Positions 1 through 9,437 of a stretch of DNA of 64,000 nt are shown here, one piece after another. The notes below the pieces were generated by a model. That model had not been told where the DNA came from, made no database searches, and worked only from the letters and a program-made list of their open reading frames with translations. Positions within the stretch are counted from its first letter, which is position 1, and every line of letters begins with the position of its first letter. A program made the position numbers and the translations under genes. This DNA is from a bacterium (GTDB lineage: Bacteria > SAR324 > NAC60-12), in NCBI GenBank assembly GCA_965233585.1, contig CBDDTI010000747.1, forward strand, positions 1-64,000. Direction: 5' to 3'.

Positions 1-582
1 GTCAAGCGTTAGAAATGTCTGTCAATAGTGTAGGCATCAGAAAGATAGCTCGTTTTGTGCAGGTGTCTCCAACTTCTGTTCTCAACTGGATCAAAAAAGC
101 CAGAGTGTCTCAAATCCCAAAAGACGCACCAAGTTTCCATGAACAAGTAGATAGTATAGAGATGGATGAGATCTATACTTTTGTTCAAAAAAAAGTCAAA
201 GAGTAGCCGTTTGGACAGCAGACTCTCGTAGAAAGCAATGTGTGATTGCCTTTGTGATAGGCAAAGGATTGGCAGCTGCCCAAAAGTTGTATGCACTAGT
301 CAAAGAACAGCGACCTAGAATGAAGACGATCTATACCGATGCCAACTCATGCTATCAAGTGGCATTTGCTCAATGACAAATTCAACAGAACCACGAAATA
401 GGCAAGAGAAATACTCATCTCATTGAATCTTCTAATTCTTCCATCAGAGATAACCTAGCTCGCTTGATGAGAACATCTAAACGACATTCTAAAACTTTGG
501 ACATGCTGGAACACTCTCTCAAACTCTTCTTTGACTATAAAAGACTTGAAAAATATCATGCCAACACTAAGTGAACACTGCC
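1..582 (+). mobile_element. IS1-family element copy A1 (left end outside window, degenerate)
   Basis: InsA C-terminus (IEMDEIYTFVQKK) and A-run frameshift site. The InsB frame has a premature TGA at 374-376 where copy A2 has CTC. Right IR ...GTGAACACTGCC ends at 582. Highly similar to 608-1380. Confidence 0.9.
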
Positions 583-607
583 GTGACAAGAGGGGTGTCC
601 CAAAGGG

Positions 608-1380
608 GGCAGTGTTTAGTTGGTATTGTCATTGCATGTGAGAGTGAATTTGAGGAATGGAAATGAGAAGTTGTCATCATTGTGGGAGTCAGACTTATAT
701 CAAGAATGGAAGTTACAAAGGGGTTCAGAGGTATCGTTGCAAGTCATGTCAGAGAGCATTCACCTCAAATGGGTTGAGAATCCCACTAGAGACCAAGCGT
801 CAAGCCTTAGAGATGTATGTCAATAGTGTAGGCATCAGAAAGATCGCTCGTTTTTTGCAGGTGTCTCCCGCTTCAATTGTCAACTGGATCAAAAAAGCTA
901 GAGTGTCTCAACTTCCAAAAGACGCACCAAGTTTCCATGCACAAGTAGATAGTATAGAGATGGATGAGATCTACACTTTTGTTCAAAAAAAAGCCAAAGA
1001 GTAGCTGTTTGGACAGCCTATTCTCGTCAAGAACAATGTGTGATTGCCTTTGTGATAGGCAAAGGATTAGCAGCAGCAAAGCAGCTGTATGGACTAGTCA
1101 AAGCACAACGAGCTAGAATTGAAACGATTTATACAGATGCCAACTCATGCTATCAAGTGGCATTTGCACAACTCCAAATTCCACAAAAGCATCAGATAGG
1201 CAAGGACAACACTCATCTCATTGAATCTTCTAATTCTTCCATCAGAGATAACCTAGCTCGCTTGATGAGAAAATCTAAACGACATTCCAAAACTTTTGAC
1301 ATGCTGGAACACTCTCTACAACTCTTCTTTGACTATAAAAGGTTTGAAAAATATCATGCCAATATCAAGTGAACACTGCC
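608..1380 (+). mobile_element. IS1-family element copy A2 (apparently intact)
   Basis: Terminal IRs GGCAGTGTTTAGTTGGTATTG / CAATATCAAGTGAACACTGCC. InsA 657-1004 has a CxxC..CxxC finger and HTH. A8 slippery run at 985-992; the -1 frame reads KKSQRVAVWTAY into the DDE domain ending at 1372. Confidence 0.93.
657..1372 (+). CDS. IS1-family transposase InsAB (programmed -1 frameshift)
   Basis: ORFs 657-1004 and 1040-1372 join through the A-run. Motifs EMDE, IYTD, IESSNSSIRDNLAR. Confidence 0.88.
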
Positions 1381-1384
1381 CTGA

Positions 1385-1807
1385 CAAGAGGGGTGGCAGG
1401 CGAAGCCTGACGGGGTAGTAGACATTGGCTATAAGGTCTTTTCACTCACCAAAAAACCAAAATTGGTAGAGGAAAAAGACGAGAACCAAAAAGAACTTTT
1501 TGTGTTAGAAAACGAACGCAAAACCACCACCGACACGCTTTATAACATGCTCTGTGCCACTGGCAAACCTTTGCATAGCAATATACAAGAATTGATTAAG
1601 GATAAATTGTATTTGGTAGAAACCAAAGCCGAAGAAGGTACAGAAAAAAGTTTATATGTATTGGGCGAGGTGTCTAGCAAGGATTTGGAGAGGTACGAAG
1701 ATGCTCAAATTTACATTGACGGCTACAGTGATATTAGTTTAGAAAATTGGCTTAACTTGTTTGGCTTGAATGAAAAGGATAAGGAACGAGTCAGTGTGGT
1801 TTATTAG
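1385..1807 (+). pseudogene. C-terminal remnant of a type III R-M modification methyltransferase (Mod)
   Basis: Frame open from 1385 reads QEGWQAKPDGVV-DIGYKVFSL..., matching the D(L/I)G(F/Y)KVF motif of type III Mod C-termini. N-terminus replaced by IS1. Lies upstream of a Res remnant. Confidence 0.7.
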
Positions 1808-1817
1808 GGGATAATTT

Positions 1818-2141
1818 ATGAGTAAAAAATCAAAAGACAAACATTTATTAGAAAAATCTATTCAAGCGACTATATCAGCTATTGAAATTTATAATAAACC
1901 TGACTTTAAATACAGGGAGGAGAGTTTTTGTATTTTAATTGTAAATGCTTGGGAAATACTTTTAAAGGCAAAAATTGTAGCTGATAATAATGGTAAATTA
2001 AAATCAATTTTTGTTATTGATAAACAAGCAAAAAGGAAAGATGGACAAGATTATAAAAAACCAAAATTTAAAAAGAATAGAGCAGGTAATGAATTAACCA
2101 TTGATATTTTTGCTTTTATTAAAGGTATTGTTAAACTATAA
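1818..2141 (+). pseudogene. DUF3644-like protein, N-terminal part, truncated by IS1 at 2124
   Basis: Motif LLEKS...SAIEIYNKPDFKYREESFCILIVNAWEILLKA. The last codons come from the IS left end. Confidence 0.75.
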
Positions 2142-2883
2142 GTGATATGCGATATTAATTTCATTTAATTGAATTGATAGTCATGGTGTAGCAATGAAGT
2201 TGTGTCCTAGATGTGAAAGTGAGAAGACGGTTAAGAATGGTTTTTTATATGGTAAACCGAGGAGGCGTTGCAATGCCTGCAACTATCAATATACCAAGTC
2301 CTATCGTGGTCAAATCTCACCACAGATCAAAAGAAGAGCATTAGAGTTGTATTTGGAGGGTCTTGGTTTCAGGTCAATCGGTCGTTTGCTGAATTGTTCT
2401 CATGTTTCAGTTTATAATTGGGTCTGTAGTTTTGGCGAACAGCTCAAGGCATTAAGAAAGGACACAGACATTGAAATTATGGAAATTGATGAAATGCACA
2501 CCTACATCCAGTCAAAAAAAACTACTGCTGGCTCTGGATTGCTGTTGATAGACGTGGGAAGCAATTTATCAATTATGTGCTTGGAAACAGAGACTCAAAA
2601 GCCTGTAGGCATTTATGGGACAAGGTCAAGGAAACAAAACCTCTTCAGGTGATGACTGATCACTGCAAGGCTTACAAACAAGTCATTCCCAAAGAAATTC
2701 ATACATGTTCCAAGGCAGAAACATACACGATAGAAGGGTATAATTCTCTCTTGAGACATTTCTTGGCAAGAATGAGAAGGAAAACCAAATGTTACAGCAA
2801 GTCTCTTAAAGCATTACAATATTCTGTTCTTTTGTTCATGGCAAAACGGAATAATCAGCTATCACTTATTACTTAACAATGCC
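2124..2883 (+). mobile_element. IS1-family element copy B1 (760 bp)
   Basis: IRs GGTATTGTTAA / TTAACAATGCC. InsA 2194-2652, A8C slippery site 2514-2522 (-1 frame KKNYCWLWIAVDR), InsB ends 2876. Near-identical to 18893-19652. Confidence 0.95.
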
Positions 2884-2913
2884 ATCAGCTATCACTTATT
2901 ACTTAACAATGCC
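2854..2913 (+). repeat. Perfect 30-bp tandem duplication of the IS1 right end
   Basis: ATCAGCTATCACTTATTACTTAACAATGCC at 2854-2883 and 2884-2913. Confidence 0.95.
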
Positions 2914-2918
2914 TTATT

Positions 2919-4091
2919 TTGCAACAAAACCAAATTATAGATAATGAAGGACAAATACAATCGTCAGTTTATGAGTTTTTAAAAACAAATCAAGATAAAT
3001 TGGAGATGCTTAAATTATCTGATGAACGCTATCAAGAAATCTTAACAATCTTTACCGATAACCGTAACTACATAAAAGACGGTAATAAAAAACAGAAAAT
3101 GGTTAAAATCCGTCAAAACAAATGGGAAGAATTTAAACAAGTTTGGGAGACAATTAATAAAAAACCTAAAATTGTTTATCAAAATATTAACGAGAACAAT
3201 ATTATTGAAGATGTAACAACACAATTTAACAGAGAAACCATAGAACCAATCAGAATCACCCGTTATGCTGAAAGATACAATTCTCAAAGCGATAAAATAG
3301 AAACATTAGCAGAGGAACAAATAGGCGAAGTAGATTTTTTCCAAACCCAAAAATTCACGGATTTTTTAGATTTGTTTGTGAAGAAAGAAAAGTTCCCTTT
3401 TGGCTTTATGGTTAAAATGCTTAATAAAATAGACAAGCAAAAAATTAAAAACAACCCCAAAAAAGCTCAAGAAAGATTATTGACTATTCTAAAAGACACT
3501 TTGCATGGTAGCTTGTTAAGTCAAGTGCATTATGAGTTTTTAGACACCATCATTTACCCGAACGATTTACAAAACGAACAAGGCAAGAAAAAGCCAAGCA
3601 TTCCTTATACACTCTTAGGCAAAAATTTTATTGATGAAGAAGCAAGACAAGAGCTACTTTATGACACCATTTGCTTTGACAGTGAGATTGAGAAAACTAT
3701 ACAACAAAACGATCCCCTTACTATTAAAAGTCATTGCGGGCTTGACCCGCAATCTAGGGAGATTCCGCATCAAGTGCGGAATGACGGTGGTAGTGCAAGC
3801 ATTACTGTGTTTGCTAAATTGCCTAAAATCTCTATTCCTACTCCTTACAAAAGTTATAACCCAGACTTTGCTTATTTGATAAAAAAACAAGATGGCAACA
3901 AGCTCTTTTTGGTAGTAGAAGCAAAAGGTTATGAATCTAAAAGCGATATACCTGAAGCAGAACAGCAAAAAATAGACTACGCTCAACAGTTTTTCAAGGA
4001 TTTGCAACAACAAATGCCAGATGTAGAGATTCAATACAAAACAAGAATCAACGGGCAGTCTTTGTTGGATTTGTTGAGTTCAAAACCATAG
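2919..4091 (+). pseudogene. C-terminal remnant of a type III restriction endonuclease (Res)
   Basis: Ends with VFAKLPKISIPTPYKSYNPDFAY...LFLVVEAKG, the type III Res nuclease domain. N-terminal helicase motifs are absent and the ORF abuts the IS end. Confidence 0.85.
3730..3785. repeat. REP/RPE-like double-hairpin palindromic element inside the res ORF
   Basis: GTC-ATTGCGGG-CTTGA-CCCGCAAT-CTAGGGAG-ATTCCGCA-TCAAG-TGCGGAAT-GAC: two 8-bp stems whose halves are inverted copies; GC-rich within an AT-rich gene. Confidence 0.85.
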
Positions 4092-4129
4092 AAAAATCTT
4101 TATAAAAACCTGATGAAATTGCAACTTAC

Positions 4130-5137
4130 ATGACTCAACTTTCAGATACTCAAAAACTTCAAAGGCGTCAAGTTAGCAAAGGCTTTTTACACGATGCCAC
4201 ACAAAACTGGAATGCTGTGCTTGCCTTGGTTGATGAAGACTGCTTTGCCCAAGCCCATGAATTTGCACAACGATTCTTACATCATGCGTTGCAAGGATAT
4301 TTGGCACTTTTTGGTGAGAACACTTATACAACATTGCAAGAGGCGATTGATGGTTTTTTGGAAGAACATCATCAACTTGCACCTGCCAACTTAACGCAAA
4401 CGTTATTCAAGCAAATCAGCCAGCCTCTTGATTATTTTGCTGATGCACGACAAGTAGCAGAATTTCATCGCTTGTTTGATAGCTGTGGAGAAATGAAGTG
4501 GAGGCTTGAAAGGCTTGCTCAACAAAAAATCAAATCAGATTTGTTGACACCACAAGACCGCCTTCAAGCAAAAAAGCGTCAAAAAAATATCGTGATTCGT
4601 GCAGGGATTGCTATCACCACTTTTCTTCTTTGGTTTGGCTTTTATTACAACTCGTATTTAGAAGAGATGAAGGTCAACGCATTTTATACTCAAGCCCAAT
4701 GGTTTTGGATTACACCAGACAAATCTTCTTTTTCAGAGCCTGCATCATTACGTAAACGTTTCAAGGCAGATGGGTCTTTGCAAGAAAATATGATTCAACT
4801 CAATCAACCCGTTGTCGTGAAACAAATCAGACTTGACCCAACAGAATTGCCCATTTCTTACATTGAATTAAATTATATTGAATTGTTGAATCAAGCAGGT
4901 CAGGTCATCAAACGTTTTGAACTGAATCAATCCATGACAGGCTGGCAATCATACAACGCGCAACAAGAACTTTCGCCTGAAGGCAACGTCAGGCTTATTC
5001 CCCAAAACAGCGACCCTTTTGTCATCAGTCCAGAATTTGAAGAATTAGAAGTTTCTGCCATGCGTTGGCAAGGAAAGTTTGTGGACATTCCAAATTTTTG
5101 GAGGTGGCTAGTCCAACCTGAAATACCCATCAAATAA
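4130..5137 (+). CDS. Hypothetical bitopic membrane protein
   Basis: 335-aa ORF: helical N-terminal domain, one TM segment (IAITTFLLWFGFYY), beta-rich C-terminal domain. Confidence 0.7.
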   Translation: MTQLSDTQKLQRRQVSKGFLHDATQNWNAVLALVDEDCFAQAHEFAQRFLHHALQGYLALFGENTYTTLQEAIDGFLEEHHQLAPANLTQTLFKQISQPLDYFADARQVAEFHRLFDSCGEMKWRLERLAQQKIKSDLLTPQDRLQAKKRQKNIVIRAGIAITTFLLWFGFYYNSYLEEMKVNAFYTQAQWFWITPDKSSFSEPASLRKRFKADGSLQENMIQLNQPVVVKQIRLDPTELPISYIELNYIELLNQAGQVIKRFELNQSMTGWQSYNAQQELSPEGNVRLIPQNSDPFVISPEFEELEVSAMRWQGKFVDIPNFWRWLVQPEIPIK

Positions 5138-5167
5138 GGCAATTTTTGACACGAAAGATGATTTGAC

Positions 5168-7255
5168 ATGAAAGATGAATTTTTTAAAAAGGAACTGCCT
5201 GATTCCTATCGCTTTGAATTTGATGATGAAGTGGCATCGGTTTTTGAAGACATGATGCAACGTTCTGTGCCTTTGTATTCAGAGAATCTGCAAATCTGCC
5301 AAGACCTCGCTTTGCTCTTTTACCAACCCAAAAGTCATATTCTTGATTTAGGTTGTTCTACTGGCACACTACTCATCGCCTTGAGCCGCCTGCCTTTTCC
5401 TGACAAACCCGATTTGATTGGCATAGATTCTTCTCCTGCTATGGAAAAGAAGTTTTACCAAAATTGCCAACAACAAAATCCTGATGCCAATTTTGCGTTT
5501 CTACAAATCCCCGTTGAAAAACTGACTTTGGAACTCTGCCAAAACTTGAAGCCTTCGGTTGTCTTTTTCAATTACACCCTACAATTCATTGACCCCAAAA
5601 AACGACAAATTTTATTAGAGCTAATTTATAAAATCCTGTTGCCTCAAGGCATTTTGATTTTATGTGAAAAAACCAAAGCAGAAGACGAGTGGCAAGGCTT
5701 GTTAGAAGACGTGCTTTATGTGCAGTTCAAAAGACACAACGGATATTCAGATGTTGAGATTCAGCAAAAACGTAAGGCATTGCAGTCTGTCTTGACTCCG
5801 CATAGCTTGCCAAGTAATCGGCAAAAATTGAAACAAGCAGGCTTTCAGCACACAGTCACAGTGCTTCAGTGGTGTCAATTTTCTACATTATTGGCTTGTA
5901 AAGACCCGCAAACACCAAGTGTCAGTTTAGAAGAAGCTGATGAATTGGTCATCACTCCAGAATATGAAAAAGTGCTGAAAGCGATTCAGTTAGGTTGCCC
6001 TGTCATCTTCGTCACAGGCAAGGCAGGCACAGGAAAATCTACGCTGATTGAACATCTTAACGAGACATTAGTTGGACAAAAGAAAAATATTGTGAATGTC
6101 GCCCCAACAGGTGTTGCCGCACTGAACGTGCAAGGAATGACGATTCATTCGTTTTTTTGTATTCCTCCAGATGTTGTTGACATCAATGAACTAGAATTTA
6201 AAGGGTCTGGTCAGATTTACCGCAGTCTTGATTTGCTCATCATTGATGAAGTTTCAATGGCACGTGCTGACTTGATAGACTTGATTGATGGCTGTTTGAA
6301 GTATTGGCGGGAATCTACCCAACCCTTTGGGGGCGTGCAAGTCTTGTTGGTGGGCGATTTGTTTCAACTGCCTCCTGTCATCAGAGGTGAAGACTTGGAA
6401 GACTTCAGAAAAAGGGGCTACCTTTCAGAATACTTTTTTTCCGCACGTGTCTTTCAAGACCCTGTGGTCTCTATTGAACTGAAAAAAGTATTCAGGCAAG
6501 CAGACCCTGAATTTGTTGCCGCACTCAATCAAATTCGTGAAGGCATTCAACTCAACCAAGCACTGCATGTCATCAATTCTTGCCTCACTCCAACGATTCC
6601 CCAAGGCGCCATCATGCTCACTGCACGCAATGCCCAAGCAGACGAATACAACCAACAACAGCTTTCAAAAATCCAAGCAGAAGAACATGAGTTTGAAGGG
6701 GAAATCATAGGAAAGTTTAACTTGACAGGTAACAGACTCCCCTCTCCTTCTACTTTGGTTTTGAAAGAAGAGGCTCAAGTTATGTTCACCAAAAACGATG
6801 AAAATAAACGTTGGGTCAATGGGACGCTTGGCAAAGTGATTGGAGTTGAAACCTATGAAGATGAAGAATCAAATGAAGAACAGACGTGTATTGTCGTAGA
6901 GATTTACCAAAATGACTATGTCGCTACTGTGAAGGTTTTGCCAACCAGTTGGGCAACCTTCCGCTATAAATGGGACGCAACAAACCGCACCTTAGAAAAA
7001 GAAAAAATAGGTGAATATATCCAATATCCTTTGACCTTAGCTTGGGCTGTCACGATTCATAAAAGTCAAGGGAAAACATTGCCTTCCGTTTACATTGATT
7101 TGGGAGATGGCGCCTTTGCCCCAGGTCAGGTGTACGTTGCCTTGAGTCGTGCTAAATCTTTGCAAGACCTGCATCTTGCACGCAAAATCTTGCCACGTGA
7201 CGTGCGAGTAGATTTTCGTATCAAAGACTACTATCAAAAGCTTTTTGGAAGTTAG
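5168..7255 (+). CDS. Fusion of a CmoA-like (carboxy-SAM synthase) domain and a Pif1/RecD-like SF1B helicase
   Basis: N-terminus: FEFDDEVASVFEDMMQRSVP, LDLGCSTG, NYTLQFI, GYSDVEIQQKRKAL. C-terminus: GKAGTGKS, APTGVAA, TIHSFF, IIDEVSM, GDLFQLPPV, VFRQ, AWAVTIHKSQG, GQVYVALSR. Confidence 0.9.
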   Translation: MKDEFFKKELPDSYRFEFDDEVASVFEDMMQRSVPLYSENLQICQDLALLFYQPKSHILDLGCSTGTLLIALSRLPFPDKPDLIGIDSSPAMEKKFYQNCQQQNPDANFAFLQIPVEKLTLELCQNLKPSVVFFNYTLQFIDPKKRQILLELIYKILLPQGILILCEKTKAEDEWQGLLEDVLYVQFKRHNGYSDVEIQQKRKALQSVLTPHSLPSNRQKLKQAGFQHTVTVLQWCQFSTLLACKDPQTPSVSLEEADELVITPEYEKVLKAIQLGCPVIFVTGKAGTGKSTLIEHLNETLVGQKKNIVNVAPTGVAALNVQGMTIHSFFCIPPDVVDINELEFKGSGQIYRSLDLLIIDEVSMARADLIDLIDGCLKYWRESTQPFGGVQVLLVGDLFQLPPVIRGEDLEDFRKRGYLSEYFFSARVFQDPVVSIELKKVFRQADPEFVAALNQIREGIQLNQALHVINSCLTPTIPQGAIMLTARNAQADEYNQQQLSKIQAEEHEFEGEIIGKFNLTGNRLPSPSTLVLKEEAQVMFTKNDENKRWVNGTLGKVIGVETYEDEESNEEQTCIVVEIYQNDYVATVKVLPTSWATFRYKWDATNRTLEKEKIGEYIQYPLTLAWAVTIHKSQGKTLPSVYIDLGDGAFAPGQVYVALSRAKSLQDLHLARKILPRDVRVDFRIKDYYQKLFGS

Positions 7256-7917
7256 TCCAAAATGACTTCAAAGCTCAGCCATGAGGCAACAACCAAGAAC
7301 GTGTCAAAGATGAGCAACAGCTTCCACCACGACCAAAATTCTAACTCACTGCCAGAAAAAAAGATGTAATTGGAGATTTTAACCGCACTGATGAGTCCGG
7401 GAACAGCAAGGGGGAACAGGAGAATTGGTAAAAGGATTTCTCTGCCCGGAATCTGTGAGGTGATGATAGAAAGCACCACTGCCACTGCAGAAAATCCCAA
7501 AGACCCAAAGACTAACACTGCAAAAAGCCACAGAAACGATTGGGGAAAGATGCTAAAGGCGACGCATAAAAAAAACATCATCACCACCAATGTCAGTAAC
7601 AAAAAAAGAAAGGTTGCCAGAAGTTTGCTTAAAAACAAAACTCCGCGATCTATTGGGGCGCTGATTAATAAATCAATACGTCTGTCTATGGCTTCTTGAC
7701 TGGTTTGTTTGTTGATGGCAAGCGTTCCTGCTGTCAAAAAAACAGCCCAAAGCATGCCGGGCGCCATCAATGCTACTTCTTGCGCATCATGGTCAAATGC
7801 AAAACGCAAAACAATCAGAGAAAGACTTGTGAAACAAATGATTGAAAGAACGCTTTCTTTCTGACGAAACTCAATTAAAAAATCTTTGTATAAAATGGCA
7901 ACAATTTGCTGAATCAT
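7252..7917 (-). CDS. ccmB: Heme exporter protein B
   Basis: Polytopic; KDFLIEFRQK, APGMLW, REILLPILLFPLAVP motifs. ATG at 7917 chosen over the longer ORF start. Confidence 0.85.
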   Translation of the reverse strand: MIQQIVAILYKDFLIEFRQKESVLSIICFTSLSLIVLRFAFDHDAQEVALMAPGMLWAVFLTAGTLAINKQTSQEAIDRRIDLLISAPIDRGVLFLSKLLATFLFLLLTLVVMMFFLCVAFSIFPQSFLWLFAVLVFGSLGFSAVAVVLSIITSQIPGREILLPILLFPLAVPGLISAVKISNYIFFSGSELEFWSWWKLLLIFDTFLVVASWLSFEVILD

Positions 7918-7999
7918 CTTACTTGTCAAATTGCTTGTCAAATGAAGAGCAACAACATTGTTGCTAACACCGCCAAAATCGTCATGCACCCGATTGGCA

Positions 8000-9292
8000 T
8001 CACATTACCTTTTTTCGTGTGCCTCGTGCGGCATCTTTACGGATTTCATCTTTACGTTGTTCTTGAGCCTGCCATTCTTGTTGTTCTCCTTCTAATTTAT
8101 TGCGTTCACTGACAACAAAAGAACGCATCGCATCTTGCTCTGACCCTGCAGGCATTTTGACCACCGATGTATGAATGATGGTTAAAATCTCATCTTTTTC
8201 TTTAAAGACTTCTTCAGAGTTTCGTTCTTTGCCTAACAACAACAATGAATCTCGTAACGCTTTAGCCGCCTGAGAGAGCTTGCCAAGAGCCACGTAGCTT
8301 TTGCCAATAGAAATCAACACTTCAGAACGTTTTTTACGATTTCGGTCTGGGGGAAAGTATTGCAATCCTTTTTCGTAGTATTTGATAGCTTCATGTTGCA
8401 ACTCCTTGTAAATCTCTTTGACGGTCATTTTGTTAATGGGACCAGTCACGTCCTTCAGACGCCCCCGCTTTGAAATCACCAAATCTGCATCACGATTGTT
8501 ACGGAAGATAAAATTTTGCAAAATCTGACCATTCTTAAAATCTCCTTCAAATGAAAAAATCTCTTTGTAAAGGTCACCTATGTTCAAATAAATCACACAA
8601 ATTTTTTCTTTGATTTTGGGAGTCAGTGGCTTTTGGTTAAATAAAGATTCTAAAATTTTTTCATATTGGAACAACACATCAGCAAAACATTTTTGTTGAA
8701 GGAGCAGACTGGCTAATTTGTTTCTAACAGAAATGGTAGGGACTCCCTCTTTGATAGCTCGTTGTAAGGAGATGTTGAGGTTAAAAATCTTTTTTTCCCT
8801 TGACATGTGAGAAACGAACGCATTTGGCATTTTGGAGATGATTTGCAAGATCATAAAGGAAGGAATGTTGTCAATGCCCTCATCGTATTGCATGACCATA
8901 CGTAAGCAATCTATGGCTTTGAACAACAGCACCACTTGTGTCCCTGCAGTTTGCCCAGTTTGCCTTGTTTGTTCTATGAGAAATTGAGCAATACATTTAA
9001 GGTCAGCAATGGCTTTTTGGGGGTCTTTTCTAATATAAAAACGCAAATGCTGGTCAAGCGTGCCTTCATTGATAGAGTTTTTTTTAATCATAGACTCCAA
9101 ATCGTCCAACGTGACCTTTAAAGAACCATGTGCAATGGTGTCCATCATCTTACTAAAAATTCCCTTCTCTCTTTCTGATGTGTGAAATTCTGGATTTCCT
9201 GAAAAGAGCCTGTCTTCTTCTTTAAACTTGCCGGGAATCTCCAGAAACTCAAATGAACGGTTTTTTTTACTAGCAGGAGCTTCTTGAGGCAC
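8000..9292 (-). CDS. Hypothetical TPR-containing protein
   Basis: 430-aa helical ORF with TPR-like segments (IYLNIGDLY, VLISIGKSYVALG). Confidence 0.65.
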   Translation of the reverse strand: MPQEAPASKKNRSFEFLEIPGKFKEEDRLFSGNPEFHTSEREKGIFSKMMDTIAHGSLKVTLDDLESMIKKNSINEGTLDQHLRFYIRKDPQKAIADLKCIAQFLIEQTRQTGQTAGTQVVLLFKAIDCLRMVMQYDEGIDNIPSFMILQIISKMPNAFVSHMSREKKIFNLNISLQRAIKEGVPTISVRNKLASLLLQQKCFADVLFQYEKILESLFNQKPLTPKIKEKICVIYLNIGDLYKEIFSFEGDFKNGQILQNFIFRNNRDADLVISKRGRLKDVTGPINKMTVKEIYKELQHEAIKYYEKGLQYFPPDRNRKKRSEVLISIGKSYVALGKLSQAAKALRDSLLLLGKERNSEEVFKEKDEILTIIHTSVVKMPAGSEQDAMRSFVVSERNKLEGEQQEWQAQEQRKDEIRKDAARGTRKKVM

Positions 9293-9437
9293 TTGAATTA
9301 TTTACAAACGGATAGGAAGGAAGAGGTGTTGAATCTCAACAAGTCAAAATCAGGCATTCTCTAAAAAATATGCCCTGTTGTCAAGAAGAAATCCAGAGTC
9401 CATGTCATATGTTTTTGAGGTATTTTGAATGGAAGTT

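Noticed and set aside
7922..7943. CTTGTCAAAT direct repeat upstream of ccmB
   Set aside because: Only two 10-bp copies in AT-rich DNA; not enough to call a binding site.
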